Below, one piece after another: positions 23,601 to 40,399 of a stretch of 62,000 bases of DNA (its first letter is position 1; each line of letters begins with the position of its first letter). The notes below the pieces were generated by a model. The model did not search any database, was not told where the DNA came from, and saw nothing but the letters and a program-made list of their open reading frames with translations. Source of the stretch: Vicugna vicugna (lineage: Eukaryota). The translations under genes and the position numbers were made by a program. Location: positions 1 through 62,000 of the forward strand of contig MU058004.1 in NCBI GenBank assembly GCA_013265495.1. Reading direction: 5' to 3'.

Positions 23601-24116
23601 GGGGCTACAGCTCAGCACTGTCCCACAAGCATCCCTGCTGCCTATGAACAAGGACCCCCAGCATCCCTGCAATGCTGTGTACCACTGCTTTAGCCCAGAA
23701 ATGCCCTGGACTGCCCCCAGTCCCCCTTCAGGCGCACTGCGGCCACTCGCCTCTGGCTGGGGCCTGGTGAAAGCTGGGAGCTCTGGCCTGTCAGTTTACA
23801 GGGCTGATTCCTGGCAGTAGAAGACCCCTCACATGCTCCCCTGCAAGCCATGGTGAAGTCTGGGGCCATGTGGTTCTCAGGCCCATATCTCAGGTGGTCA
23901 CCAGTTTATACCAGTTACGTAACGTCTGCTGCATACCAGTGTGGCAGAGGAAGGGACACGTTACTGCACCTCTGGGCTTCCACTGGCTGAGAGGGCTTTG
24001 ACAGTCTCCAGAAGAGCCCATATTGCAGAGTGAGGCTCCATCTCACTCAGCCTTTGACAAAGAACCCTCCCCTTACAACTGAGACTCCTTGACCAAACCA
24101 GACTGGCCAAGGTGCT

Positions 24117-24458
24117 GTAAAAAATTAGTAAAAGGCCTCAATTAAAATAGAGTCAGGAGGCCCAAAGGGGCAGCTCTTATGCCCTATGTCAAGAGCAGAG
24201 CCCAGCAGGATGAAGAAAGATTTCCTCTTCTTCTCTGGCAAAAGTCTAGCAATGACAGCCAGAACTCAGCCAAAGAAAAACCAGGACTCTTCACCACTGC
24301 GGTCCTTTTCTCCTCTGTAAGATCTCCCCTCTTTCCACTTTTGCTGGGGACTAGCACATGGCTCGCCATGGTTGCAGACCCCTGAACTGGTTTGCTGATT
24401 CTGAACAAACCCATTTGTCCTGCAGAAGTACCTGCAAGTCTGTTTGTCTCCAGTCAGC
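24117..24458 (+). mobile_element. ERV1-like LTR
   Basis: tgtaaaaaattag...aaaatagagtcaggaggcc...ccatggttgcagacccc...gaacaaacccattt pattern. Confidence 0.55.
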
Positions 24459-25899
24459 GGCGGCCATGTGTAAGCCCCAGCGTGCCATCCAGCTCCAGGG
24501 GAGTCAGGCACGAGGGTCTGCCCCTGTCCAACACGAGTGCACAGAGCAGCCAACTCTGGCTGCCCTGGGATCCCAACAGGGAATCCTGTTCAGGCAAAAA
24601 GCAGGTGTCTGGACAGGAACTGTTCAGCCAGGGGGAGGGGCAGGGGCCCGAGGTCTCCTGGGGCTTCCATTCCCGGGGGAAGAGCCAGCTCTTCAGGTGT
24701 GAGGTCTCAGGTTCTTAGCTGTGAGCAGCGTGGCCATTTCCATCTGAGATCCGCACAAAGTTTGCCCATTTGACTTTTAAAGAATTCCATTCTGGCAGCC
24801 CCTCCCCAACTGATTCTAGACTCACTGGGCAGCGAAGGCATAAGTGAACCCTAAAGGTCCTCTCCCGCCTGTTGTAAAGAGCAGGAACCGGCATCAGTTA
24901 ACAGGCTGAACATGGCCAGGGGGAGGAGGAGCTCCTTGTCCGCACACCCAGCAGGGCAGCTTCCACAGTGCTGTCAGTAACTCTGGCGGGTAAGGAGCAT
25001 CACCATCACACTCCGTGAGAAGCCCTGGAACCTCCCATTCCCATGCGCCCTCCCCTGGGCTAAGTGAGCGAGGAGGCAAGCCCCCGCTGCAACCCAGCAA
25101 GCACACTGCCACTTCCACATTCACATCTGGCAGCTCTCCAAACTCCGCTTAAATTGTAAAAGCTAGCAGAGCTGGTTTTTGTTTCACCTCCATGCATGTG
25201 GGAGACAAGGGTAGTACCTATCTTTTGAAACAGATGTTAACTTAAATTGTATTAGCAGGGTGTTGAGTTTAGGACCAGCAGGAGGACAGTGGGTTAAGGA
25301 GGGTGAGGGTTAGCAGGACATACCCATCCCCTTGAAGTCCAGACATCTCACAGGACACGTAACGCAAGAAATGACCTAAATAGGACACTTTTATCAGAAG
25401 AGACAGAAGAGACCTTGCAGCTATGTGAGGAAGAAGAATCTTTCTCCTCCTGCTGAGATTTCTTTCACCGGCAAGGCCAAGTGCTGGAGTCCTTTAGGTA
25501 GAAGAGGAGGCCTGAGGCTCCCAAATTTACAAAGCAGAAGGGAAAAGGTAGAATAGAATTACCAAGAAATGAAATATAGGTACATTAACGATTTGCATTT
25601 TATCTGCAAACACATCTGGCCTTGTCTGGGGAATTAAGGGGCAGGGGAAGATGAAGCTCCGGACTCCCTGGGCCTCCGTCTCACACCCACACCCTGGGGT
25701 GGGGAATGGCCAGGCTGCTATCCTGGGGGCTGCTCCTCCCCCACACCATACACACACACCCACACACACACCCCAGTCCAAGCAAGCTCAGGACTCTGAG
25801 ATCTCCATCCCCTCTGAGTCCCCCGCACCTGCCCTGGCCCACAGTGACTATGTAGAGGGTGGGCAAGGGGTGTGGAAAAAGCAACTAGATGTTGTTATA

Positions 25900-28255
25900 A
25901 GCACCAGCTTTGGAAGGTAGGCAAAAGGCTAAGAAATTCTGAAATTCAAAGCCCAAAGACTTAGCCTCACTAAAAACAACTGAGATTTAATTGTAAGACT
26001 ACAGAATGCTTCCCCTCCCCAGCAGCTCACTGCACCGACAGGCTCCAGCAGACTAACACTGGACCACAGCTGAGAGAAGGCCAGGACTCAGACTTGTGCA
26101 ACAAAAGTCTCTGAAGAAATCCAAAGACAACATGAGACAAAAATAAGGACACCAGAGGACACTGAAGTGTCCAACACTTACAGCTACACCAAACATTAAA
26201 CACAGCCCAACTCTTAGCAGTCACATGACATCTCACACTGAAGGCCCCTCTACTTCAGTTCCTATTACCCGGTCACATGTCCAACTTCCAACAAAAAATT
26301 ACAAGGCATGTTAAAAGGCAAGAGGACACTCTGGAGAGACCAAGCAGTATTACAACCAGACTAACACCGGGCACAGACACTGGCAGTTTCAGACGGGGAA
26401 TTTAAAATCACTGTGATTAATACGTTAAGAGTGCTAGTGGAAAAACTGGACAATGTGCAAGAACAGATGGGTTATGTTCACAGAGATGGAGCCTCTGAAA
26501 AATATCAAGAAGAAATGCAATGGAAAGAATGCAGTGACGGAGATCAAGAAACCTTTTGGTGAGCACATCGGTCCACTCAACTTGTCCTAGGAAGGAACCA
26601 AGGTCCTCAGAAGACAGGTCAACAGAAGTTCCCAAGCTGAAATGCAAAGAGAAATAAAGAAGAAAAAACCCAGAATATCCAAGAACTGTGGGCCAAAATC
26701 AAAAGATGAAATATACATGCACTTGGAAGACCAGAAGAAAGGGAAAACTGAGCAGAATAAATATTTGAAGTAATAAAGGCTGACAACTTTCCAAAATGAA
26801 TGGCTAACACCAAGTCTTATACACAGAAAACTCAGAGAACACCAAGCCAGATAAATACAAAACAAACTACTCCTAGACCCATCACATTCAACTTAAAAAA
26901 GAAAAAAAAAGCCAAAGACTATCTTGAAACCACAGAAACACAATGCGTATAAAGAAGAACAAGAGTAAGAATCACAGTGGACTTCTCATCAGAAAACATG
27001 CCAGCAAGCAAGAAGAGAGTAGAACAAATCTAAGTGCTGAAAGAAAAACTCGTCAGCTTAGAATTCTACATACAGTGAGATTATCCTTCAAAGGTGAGGA
27101 GACATACTTCCTCAGACGAACAAAAACCAACAGTGCTCACTGCCAGCAGATCTGTCCTTTCAAATGTTTAAAAAAAAAGTTCTTCAGGGAGAAGAAAAAT
27201 TACTTAGTTCAGAAACTTAGATCAACATCAAGAAATGAAGAGCATCAGTGGAAAAATTTTAAAAGGGTAACAATAAAAAATTGTGTTAATCGCAAAGATA
27301 ACTGTTTATTTAAATACTAACAATATACTGGGTGATCAAAGTGATGCAGGAAAACAGATGTGGGGCGTGAGGAGGGCCACATCCCAGGCTTCGGTTGAGC
27401 CCCTGGGACGTGCCCCGCCAAACGTGGGTCCTTGGCTTCACGCAGGAAAGAATTCAAGAGCAAACCACAGCTGAATAAAGGTAGATTTACTCAGAGATAC
27501 ATTGAAAGGCAAGAGAAAGGCCACGAGGTGTGGGGGTTGGGTGCTCAGATTAAAAGTAGGTACACACTCCGTAGACAGAGAGCGGGCCGTCTCAGAACAG
27601 AGAGGGAGAGGCGGTGGCGAGGTGCCATGTTGCCAGTTTTTATGGGCTTGGTGGCTTCATGTGCTAATAAGTGGAAGGGCCAGTCTAAGTAGCCTGGGGA
27701 AGGGGCTGGGGTTCCCAGGAAGTTGGCCATTTCCCACTCTGACCTTCTGTGGCTAGCCTTGGGACTGCCATGGCGCCTGTGGGCATGTTACTCACCCTGC
27801 TGATATATTACAGTGGGCCTATAATGAAGCTCAAGATCTGCTAGAAGTTAAATTTCCCATCATCTTGAACCTCAAGGCCTGCTGGGGGTTCAATCTTTCA
27901 CCACTTTGATGTGAATTTCTGTGGCATTCCTTGAATGGCTGAGCCCTGCCCCCTTCCTGTCTCAAAAGCACACGTATAAGGGAAGCAGACAACAGCAATG
28001 CCACAAAGGATGGGGCTACTCTGGTATGAGATGCCTGCATTACCTGTGAGGCAGTGTCATTTTACTTAAAGGTGCACCTACTTTAAAATGTATATTGCAA
28101 GCTCTAAGGCCACTAAAATGTTTTTAAAAGACGTATAATTAATTACTACAAGAGATTAAATTGAATCATAAAATGCTCAATCAAAACCAGAGAAGGCAGA
28201 AAAAGATGGAAGAAACAACAAACGCAAAGAATAGAAAACAGTAACAAACATTATG
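25900..28255 (+). mobile_element. Old L1M 5'/ORF1 and inter-ORF region, split by a solo LTR
   Basis: Degenerate ORF1 motifs (aaatatttgaagtaataaaggctgacaactttccaaa; ctcagagaacaccaagccagataaatac; agattatccttcaaaggtgagg). Confidence 0.75.
27342..27964 (-). mobile_element. ERV1-class solo LTR (623 bp)
   Basis: TG...CA termini with a perfect 4-bp TSD AAAG (27338-27341 and 27965-27968). CpGs retained. Confidence 0.85.
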
Positions 28256-28549
28256 TCAAAAGTAAAGAGATTTGTCAAACAAGGGAAGCTAGGTCAGGAG
28301 CTGAAACTACTCATTTAAGAATTTACGCAGCAAATAGGAAACTGGCGCTCAGACGAGGCAGCGAGTTCAAAGGAAAATTTTAAGGATTCAGGCCAATTTT
28401 AAACAATGAGTAATAACAACATACCACTGAGAGAAGGCAGGATATTGGGAATGGAAAAAGCAAGGTATTAGCTGACACTCTGGATCTAGACTAGGAGACA
28501 CATCAGTCACCAGGCAAGTACACAGAGTCCAAACAAAACCAGGTAATGA

Positions 28550-28838
28550 GTCATTCTTACGTGACAGGCTCTGTGCTAAATACTTCAAAAGCATGACTTC
28601 ATGAAATACTCACAACCCTCTAAGGCAGATACTATATTATCCCAACTGCATAAATTAGTTAAATGAAGTGTAAAGAAAAGCAGCAGCACACAACATTGTA
28701 AAATGACTATAACTCAACTTAAAAAAAAAGGTTAAAAAAAGAAAAGAAAAGCAGCAGCAGAAGCCACCTGTAGATGCCAGAGTCGGATCTCAAACCTGGG
28801 CATTCTGACTTCAGGGCCCATGCTCTCAACCACTGTAT
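28550..28838 (-). mobile_element. MIR SINE interrupted by a micro-L1
   Basis: caggctctgtgctaaatactt...ctcacaaccctctaaggcagatactat...tctgacttcagggcccatgctctcaaccact. Confidence 0.75.
28689..28742 (+). mobile_element. 54-bp extremely 5'-truncated young L1 tail
   Basis: cacaacattgtaaaatgactataactcaa plus A-tail, flanked by a 17-bp TSD aaagaaaagcagcagca (28672-28688 and 28743-28759). Confidence 0.9.
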
Positions 28839-28980
28839 TGTAGCACTTCGCACGACTTCTACCTCCCACACACACCGTGCCAAGGTGTGCACAGACCTAG
28901 CCCAAGGAGCTACAACTTCAAAGACTTCCAATACAAATGTGTCCAACTGGATTGTGTAAGTGGTAACTGGGAAGATGTAT

Positions 28981-29100
28981 CATCAATTCAAAAAGTTTCT
29001 ACTGAGCAATAACTCTGGGCCAATCAGTCTACTGGAGAACAGAGAACCGAAGATGAATTAAACAAGGTCCCTGCCCTGAAGGAGTCCACAGTCTAGCAGG
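28981..29100 (-). mobile_element. L2 3' fragment
   Basis: catcaattcaa...tactgagca...aacaaggtccctgccctgaaggagtccacagtctag. Confidence 0.65.
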
Positions 29101-30502
29101 ACAAACACCAAGCTCTACTACAATGTGTATTTAGTGCTGGGTAACTAGGGCAATAAAAAGCTCATCAGGAGAAATCATGTTGAAAATGTTAATAAGCAGC
29201 TGGACGCCAGAGAAAAGCTAAAAATCTGACAGCAATAACCAGTGGGAGCACACATAAAATTAAGACCAGCTGGCTGATAAAATCACCATCACCTAAGAAT
29301 GGGAAGTCCATAGCAGGAGCCAGACACAAAGTTAAGTGACCAGAAAGCAAGACTGAAGGAGAGCTGATAAATACCAACTGAGCAGGCCAAGATAAAAATA
29401 TCAAAGTCATGCAAAACAGGTCAGCACAATTAGTTTGGGCAGTAACTGCCCTAACAGTGAGTCTAAAAGGCATAATGATATTTTTAAGTTAACTACAGAT
29501 CTAGTTCCACTCTCAGAGTTCGCTCTGCTCATTCTGAGGAACAGTGCCGTCTCTTAGTTCTGTCCCCAGTGTTGACTGATTACCAGTGACGTACAGTCAC
29601 TGTGTGTTATAGGGTACAGAAGTGACTATGTATTACAGGGTATAGAAGTGGGAAGCCAGTTCCCAGATTTGATCTTTGGACCCAGTCTAACAAGAAGCCT
29701 AGTCAGCTATGTTGATGGTGAGTTAAGAAATAGTATGAATACAAATTCCTTCATCTGGGACTAATATATGGGTAGTAGTGGTGGTAAATTTAAGCAGGTG
29801 GTAAGGTCAAGTTTGAATGGAAAGGAACATATGGATTCTTGGATGGCTGGAAAGGTGCAGCCAGTCTGATTTGCTTTGGAGTCTTAAAAGATTATTGAGC
29901 ATTTCTGATGGTTGAATCTTCTAGATGACTGGGTTGAAAGGACTTAAGTGGACACAAAACAGTCAAGAAGGACTGACTCCCAGGGACACTGTATTATTTT
30001 ACATTACTCATATTTAATCTTGGCCTGATAAACCAATGGTATTTTGGGGCAGGCAGAGAAGAGCTGGGAAATATGGCTGAATATATAAATGAGTCACATT
30101 GTTGTTTTAATAATCACAGAGTGAAGAATTTCAGATATGAAAGATAAATCAGGACCTAAGAGATGTGATTCAGAAGCCCATGGTAGCAGAAGGCAGCCTT
30201 TCCTCTTGGTTATCTTAAAAAAATGGGTTAGGGTTTAAAAGAGACTTTCAGGGAGACGGGGTACCAACCACGCAGCCCTAGCACAGACGTAAGAGAACCG
30301 GTATAACGTACTGAAACTGCTGCTTCCAACACTTCGGTGGGGAAGATTTCAAATATCATGTAATGTTTTACTTTATCCCAAGAGCACAGCATTCCTGAGA
30401 CTATCACTGTATGAAGAGTGAGTGGCAAAGGTAAGAGACGTATGACCAAAAAGAAAGAGTGGATCATGAAACGATGAAGTAGCCCACAAAACTGCAGCAT
30501 CA

Positions 30503-33300
<2,798 letters not shown>

Positions 33301-34889
33301 TGCGACTCCCAGAATGCCTCGGGCCGAGCCGCTTCCGCCTTCGTCCTCAGGGACCTCCGTTTTCCCAGAAGTCCCCGGGAAATCTCTGCCTCCGTCACCC
33401 ATCCCGCGGGCCAAGGGGGCGGTGCCGGAGGCGTCTCAGCCAATCAGGGCCGCAGGCCGGAATCTCCGTGGTAACTGCCGCCACCCGCTCCCTTCCACTG
33501 TGCGGGATGCAGAAGTTTCCCTTCAAGGTCGGGGGTGCCGGCAGGCGCTCCGCTCCTGCGGACTGCGGTGCGCAAGACAGCGGCCTCCCCGCGCCCGACC
33601 ACAAGGCCCTGGGAAGGAAAGACAGTGCAGAAATTTTAGACATTAGAGGACGCTGTGGTCCTTTGGATACTGTTTCTAACAGATCGTGAAGGATATTTTT
33701 GAGACCATCGGGGACAATGGAACGAAGGCCTGGGTATTATTAGTTAATACTAAGGAATTTTTATGAGTGAATGTCATATTTGGCATTTCTCAGCAGACAC
33801 TTCACAAGCCATCCAGAGGTAAGTTATGTTCATTTTTAATCTGCCAAGAGCTCAGGCAGCCTGGATTGTGAAGTGAAGAAGATATGGAGCGGAGCAGACC
33901 CACGAAGGACTGCAGCCCCTGAGAACAATCAGATCCCCGTTTCAGGGCCACTGCAGCAGTGGCAGTGGGGAGACCTCTCCTGCTGTTTACTTTATCATTT
34001 TCTGTCTCTGGCCAAGCCTGCAAAGAGCATGAAAGGACTCTATTGTAACTGCAAATGTCTGTTTTCTGATCACAAATGGGAAAGCATGTTCGTTATGAAA
34101 GATTTCAAAAATGCAGAAAAGTAAATATAGAAAAATACCAGAAGGAAATATACTAAACCATTAACAGGGGACTTTTTTGGCTGCAGGGATTTATATACTT
34201 AAAATTTTTTTTTATCCTGTATGTTTTCATATATTTCCCAAAATTTCTACCATGAATTACAGAATTACTGCTTTATCATAAAAAGTTTTTTTACGTACAC
34301 ATTTTGCAATTTATAGGAAGGCTACATGGCAAGCATTACATCTACGAACATAAAGTTAGACATACGGCATAGTAGCAGATGGTACCTCAGAGTTAATCAC
34401 AAGTTACTGCATGAGTAGCAAAACTGGCACAAGATACAGAATTTAGATAAAGTATGCCATCAGTGACACCATCAGGATGAAAAACTGGAAACGTGCAACC
34501 CAGAGTCAACACTGTGGCACTTTACTGATGAGAAAAAGGGCAGTGCTCAAGAGATACTTGTTGAATAAGAGGGCCAAAAGATAATTTCAAAATAATTAAT
34601 TTCTTAATGATTAATGTTTAATTGTTCCTTACTATATATAATATGGATAAAATATTCATCAATTTGTATATACCATATATATATATATATATCTCCAAAA
34701 CTGAAGGTAATACAATGAAAAGCAAGCTGAAAAAAAAAACAGTGTTACTATATCATTTTAGTCCTTATCAAATCAAGAAGACAAAAAATTAATATAAAAG
34801 AGCTTACAAACAACACAAATTTATTTCTCACAGTCCTGGAGGCTAGGAATTCCAAGATCAAGCTATTGCTGTTTCAATGACCTCGGGCT

Positions 34890-35460
34890 TATGGGTCCAC
34901 CTGCCACTCAACATCTCTACTCCAACATCCATGGCCAGAACTGAACTCCAGAAACTCACCCCCAACCTGTTGTTCCGGGCTTTGCCATCTCCAAGGAGGG
35001 CAGCTCTATCTTTCAGTCGTTCAGGCCAGAACCTTGGAGTCATCTTCTCTTTCCCTCCACCCCACACCCAGTCTATCAGGAAATCCTACAAGGTCGATCC
35101 AGAATTGATCACTTGTTTCCATCTCACCAGATACTCAGGGCCCACCATCCCTTCTCACCTGCGTTGTTGCAGAAGCTTCACTCTGGCACCTCAGTCTAGT
35201 CTCAACACACTAGCCAGAGGAGCCTGCTAGAACCCAGGTCAACCTGTTCCCTTTCTGCTCCCACAGCACTGGGAATAAAAGCCACAAGCTCTTGAGGGCC
35301 CTCAAGCCCTGCAGAGGCCCCACCCCTCCCCACCTCCTCTGACCAAATCCCAACCTCTGCCCTCAGCTGCCCCACATGAGTAGGGTGCTGGCTGATCCCT
35401 GAAAGTGATGTGTCTTCAGGGCTCATGTCACTGTTTCCTCTGCCAGAGACCTTTTCTACA
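34890..35460 (+). mobile_element. L2 fragment
   Basis: caacatccatggccagaactgaactc...tcaggccagaaccttggagtcatctt...cagtctatcaggaaatcct. Confidence 0.75.
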
Positions 35461-35469
35461 AACACCCAC

Positions 35470-35855
35470 AATGCTGTCTTCTCACTGGATCTGGGTTTGG
35501 CCACGTGAATTGCTTTAGCCAATGGGATATCACAAATGTGATGCACAGAGGCTGAGAAGTGTTTGTACATTGGGACTTGATCTCTCTGGCTGCTTGATCA
35601 CTCTTTGGAGACTAGCTGCTATATGAAGGAGCCAGAGCCAACCTGCCGCATGTTAGCTGAGCATGTGTGACCCTGCCACGTCCTGGAGGAGCGTGCCAAC
35701 TACCAGGATGCTCACATGAGCCCAGGAGAAGCCGGCAAAATCACTGTCCTATTGAGCCAGCCCAAACTGTCCACCCACAGAATCATGAGCAAATAAATGA
35801 TTGTGTTAGGCCACTAAGATTTGGGGTGGTTTGGTAAGGAGCAACAGCTGAATTA
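35470..35855 (+). mobile_element. MLT1 (F/G/H-like) MaLR LTR
   Basis: tttggccacgtgaattgctttagccaatgggat...cccacagaatcatgagcaaataaatgattg...ccactaagatttggggtggtt. Confidence 0.75.
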
Positions 35856-37689
35856 GCAAGCATTTATCCCAACGCTATTCATAAAGTCGTCTACCCTTTC
35901 TTTCATGGATTTGAAGGGCCCCAATACATCAAGTATGTTTTTATATAATCAGGGATCTGTTCTTGGATTTCTGTTGTGGTTCCACCCCAGGCAGCTCTGA
36001 CCACATCCCAGTTCATTCAGCTGGGAGGTTTAGCCCTTTACCCTTTGGGCCTCAGGAAATGGAGTAGATGGCCAGAGAGTACAAACACCACTCCTGGTCT
36101 AAAATTTAATTCTAAATTTTACCTAGCATCTTTACCTAGCATCCTTGGAGTACCTCTACAGGTGTTTTCACAAACTTGGACATGTGCATTTTCCTGAGAA
36201 GAAACATTTTCCCACTCTTAAGCAGATTCTCAAAGGGTTACGTGACCCCAAAAATGTTGAGCTGAGGCTGAAGGAAATTCATGTGGTTTCTGGTCAGCCT
36301 CTCAGTGGGGGCACTGGGTGGCAGCAGAGGAAAGAGCAAAGCCAAGCTCTGAATCATGCAAAGGCTGGGTAGGCCCATTTGTGCATTCCCTCTGTGCTAC
36401 AGCTAACCAGCTCTTAGTTGTGTTTGGCTGTTGCTAAGGTTTATTGGTTTGTGCTGTCTTCTCTCTCCTGCTATGAGCTTTGTCAGGGAAGGCTTTGGAC
36501 CCTAATGGTCAGCTTTAGTGAGGTGCTCTGAGCTTGGAACTAGAAGTGGCTTTAACAGAGGCAGCCAACCCCTGGGGTGTGGCCAGCAGCCATGGGATCC
36601 TGGGAGAGTTACTTTGTGCCTCGGAGCTCCATTTGGGGGATGAGGGTCTCTGACAAGCAAGAACATTAACACACACATGGCATGGTGCACAGTGGACGTC
36701 CAGCTGGAAACACAAATCCCCTACCCATCGTTGTGCCCCCAGGCCGCATGGTACCCCTCCTGGAACTATGCCCAGCACACAAGGAGGAGAATGACTCTCC
36801 AACAGTCTCCTTCTCCAGGAACTTGGCACGTGGGGTGCAGTGGGGGGTGAGAGCACCCACTGGACAATAATGAAGGCCCTCGACATCCTCTTCATGCAGA
36901 CAGCACAGCCAGTGTGAGTGGCCTAAACATCACACGATGTCCTTCTTGGGGATGCAGGACTAAGCTCATCACACTCAGGCACCAGGCTGGCCGGAGCACC
37001 CTCTCGGCACTCGCAGGCCAGGACCCACAGCAAAGGAAAGCACTGCTCTTTGTACGCACAGCTGCTGCTTCCCACTTGCTGGACACAGCACATCACCAGG
37101 GCAAGGGGTGGGTGGGGTGGGGCCCAGAACACCAGGGGGCAGTCAGTCCCACAGGGGTCCCATCTCCATCAGCAAGGCCCAGACAGAGGAGGGACTGCTG
37201 CTGGCTGATCAATAGCCCCCTCCCAACTGGGGTCTCAGAGCAGGGTGCACCAAGGAGGACCTGCTCCCCTTTGGGAAATGGGGGCCAGTGCATGCAGCTC
37301 TGCCTTGAACTGGTGCTTGTCTAGCACGAGCCCTTTTGCAGAGCTGCCCCATACGCTCCCCAGACACAGCAGTGATGCAGTACACTCCAGTTGAGAGCTC
37401 TGTTGATAAACATTTGGACCATTAAGTGAGCTTTGCCAGGAGGTAGAAGAGGGTTTAAATGGAAGAAAAGAGTGTTTGCACAGAAGTCAGGTGGGACTTC
37501 ACATACAAAGGTCCAAGGAAGCAGCTGGGTGGTCTGTGTAGTGGGGCAGGGGCAGGGGCTGCCTGGGGGATCTGTCCAGAACAGAGGGCGAGGCTCAGGA
37601 CACACCCCTCCAGCCAGGACCCGGGCTCCAGAGGTTGAGGCTGGGAGCATCCCCACACTGAGGTCCTGACCGTTCACTACTTTAGTCGT

Positions 37690-38570
37690 AACTCATGTCA
37701 CTGAGCACCTATTATGTGCTGGCTGTCACCCCAGGTGCTGGGGAAGCAGGAGGAAATGAGGCACCTGTGTCCTGGGAGCTCCGGTTCTTGCAAGGAGACT
37801 GATCATAGACAAGAAAGTAAGATGTGAGCTTTGGTATGAATGAAGTGGGGCCAGCCATGCACATGCTTTCATCCAGGTGAATGGGACGTGTAAAGGCCCT
37901 GGGGTGGGGGGTGCTTGTTTGCGGGGAGCCAGAGCCCAGAGTATCTGCAGGGCAGTGAGGACAGAGGGGACAGAGGGCATGCAGGCCCCCTGGGTATTGT
38001 GAAGACTTCGAATTTCATTACACGTGAGACGAGAGAAGAGTGTCGTGACCTGCCTTCTGGCTGCTGGGGTGGAGAACAAAGCTGTGGGTGGCAGGAAGCC
38101 AACAGGGAGGCCAGGAGGCCCTTTCCAACAACCCAGGCCCCAGTGAAGCAGCTTAGGCTGGGGGGGCAGGGTGGTGGGCTATGTGACTGATGGTGGGTTT
38201 GGAATACAGTGTAAAGCAGAGCCAGCAAGAACTCAAGTATGGACATGAGGTTTGTGAGAAAGAGCCAAGTGGAGCATGACACCGAGGTTCTGGCCTGAGC
38301 ATCTGGAAGAACAAAGCAGCCTCTCACTGAATGGGAAGACCGAGATTTTGCGGGCGGATGGAGGGCCCCTCTTAGGACGTGATCCATGAGTGGTGACCAC
38401 GGATGTCCTGGTGGAGAGTCTCCAGTGGAGCTGGAAGAGGAGCTCTGTGGGGAGACAGCATTCAGCAGGGGGAGAGACCACCAAGGAGGTGAGCCCAGGG
38501 GCACCTCCAGCCCAGGACACTGGTGGGGGCACAGGAGAAGAGGTCCTGGGACCAGGCGAGGACGAGTTTA
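37690..38570 (-). mobile_element. L2 fragment
   Basis: actgagcacctattatgtgc...aagatgtgagct...tgacaccgaggttctggcctgagcatctggaaga, the reverse complement of L2 3' sequence. Confidence 0.7.
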
Positions 38571-39429
38571 GGGGCTTAGTGCTGGGAAATCCATCTCAAG
38601 GCAGAGCAGTGGCTGGTCCCCCATCTCCCGTCTCCCCCCACCACTGTGTCCCTGCCCCACCTCCCTTCTCCCCCTCCCTTCTCCCCGCTCCACTCCCCTC
38701 TCTGCTCTGGCATATTGGGTTTCAGGCTGCCGCCTGGGGTCCCCAAACAGGACAAGCAGGAAAAACTGGCCTGCTCCTGGGGACACCAGTTTCAACTTGT
38801 CTTCTGGGCTTTGAGGAGGGGATTCATGGGCCATCCCTCTAGGGAGCCTTCCCTCTGGGAAGGGGGACAGTTTCAGTGTGGCCTCCAGGAAACTGTCCCC
38901 CACCTGTTATCTGAGTGCCTGTGTCTGCAGCAGCGGAGATGGTCTGGCTGGGCTCAGCCTCCTGCAGGAGCCCCTTCCTCTCAGGCCACCTGTGGAAAGA
39001 CTCCAGCAGGGTACAGTCCATGAAGGGCAAATTAATTGTGTGGCTTGGATTTCCCTTTGAAGAGAGAAGAGATAAAACATTGTACTCATCACCTTTAGAA
39101 GGAAGCAGGCACATAGGTGTGCAGTCCAACACAGTCCACCTAATCAGCAGACCTGCTCTGGTCTGTGGTCAGTCAGGGTGCAGAGTGGGACCCACGGTGC
39201 ACATTCTGTGGTGGAAACAGAAGGAGAGGCAGACAGAGGACACGACCGTGGAGAAGGGGTCAGAAGGCAGCCGCTCACAGCTAGGGAGAGCATCAGAGAG
39301 AGAGAGAGGGAGGGAGGGAGGGAGGGAGGGACTGGGATGAAGGGAAACCAGCGCTGAGGGGCAGAGACACCCCGGGAGGAGACACACCTTCTGAGTTTAG
39401 GGCATTAGACTTCCCGTCAGTCTCCGGCT

Positions 39430-39798
39430 TTGACTTTAGGCCACAGTGTGTCCTCTCCTTGGCAGGTTCCTGGATCTATTCCCTGGGGGAGGGGCAGTGG
39501 TGGGGGTAGCAGACTCCCTCCAGAGGCAAACTCCCACCAGGCCGCTCCACCACCCTCTCCTCCTCCAGGCCTCATCCTTGGCTGCTGAGTTCAGTCTTAG
39601 CAAGGAATCCCCCTCGACACTCAACCAATTCCTCTTCGTAACTTCCATCCCCACCCTCACCTGGCCGGTGGCTAGAACCCTTCACTCGGCCCTATTATAT
39701 GAGGGGTTGAATTCAGTTTCTCTCCACAATTGCCAGTCTTAAGTAAAGTCTTTCTTGCCTTTTCTAACAAGTGTCCAGTGAATAATTCCTCCATAACA
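39430..39798 (+). mobile_element. ERV1-like LTR 3' portion
   Basis: agtaaagtctttcttgcc...taacaagtgtccagtgaataat...taaca terminus. 5' boundary unclear. Confidence 0.5.
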
Positions 39799-40399
39799 AG
39801 GGTTATGAACAGAGCAGCTGTGGGTGCCTGGCAGGGGCCTGGCAGGGTGAGCACTGGACCCCAGCTCCGCTGCCCTCTGCACGGTGCTCTCAGCGCCTGG
39901 GCTTCTGTCTCAGGGACCTTGGCTCAGCTGTGAGCCTGGCCCAGACACGGCCACAGACACATGAATGAGCCTGAGACAAAGGGCCACACCACCCCAGGCA
40001 GGTGCTCCAGGGACCACAGTCAGGCACACACCCAGGGACATGGGCAGCAGCAGTCAAAGGCCTCGGATGCCAGGGAAGCTTTTTGACCTTTAGGCAAATG
40101 TGGAAATATCACCTTGAAGCACAAGTCCTGTGGCAAAACAGGAAAAACTAAGTTGAGGGTCAGATCTCTTGCCTCCAGCACAGAAACAAGGAATCCTGGA
40201 AACTGCATGTGCTCGGGCAGGACACATCTCTTCTCAGCACAGTATTGTTAGGTCTCGCGCTGAACGTCCCAGCCTCTAACCTCAGCAGCGTATTGGGGGT
40301 GGTCTGGGGGAGGCAAGGGGGCTTGACAGCCTGGCCCACCCAGCTACCCCGCCTTCCCAGCAATGAGAGTGCAGACTCATGCTGAAGAACCGCTACACA

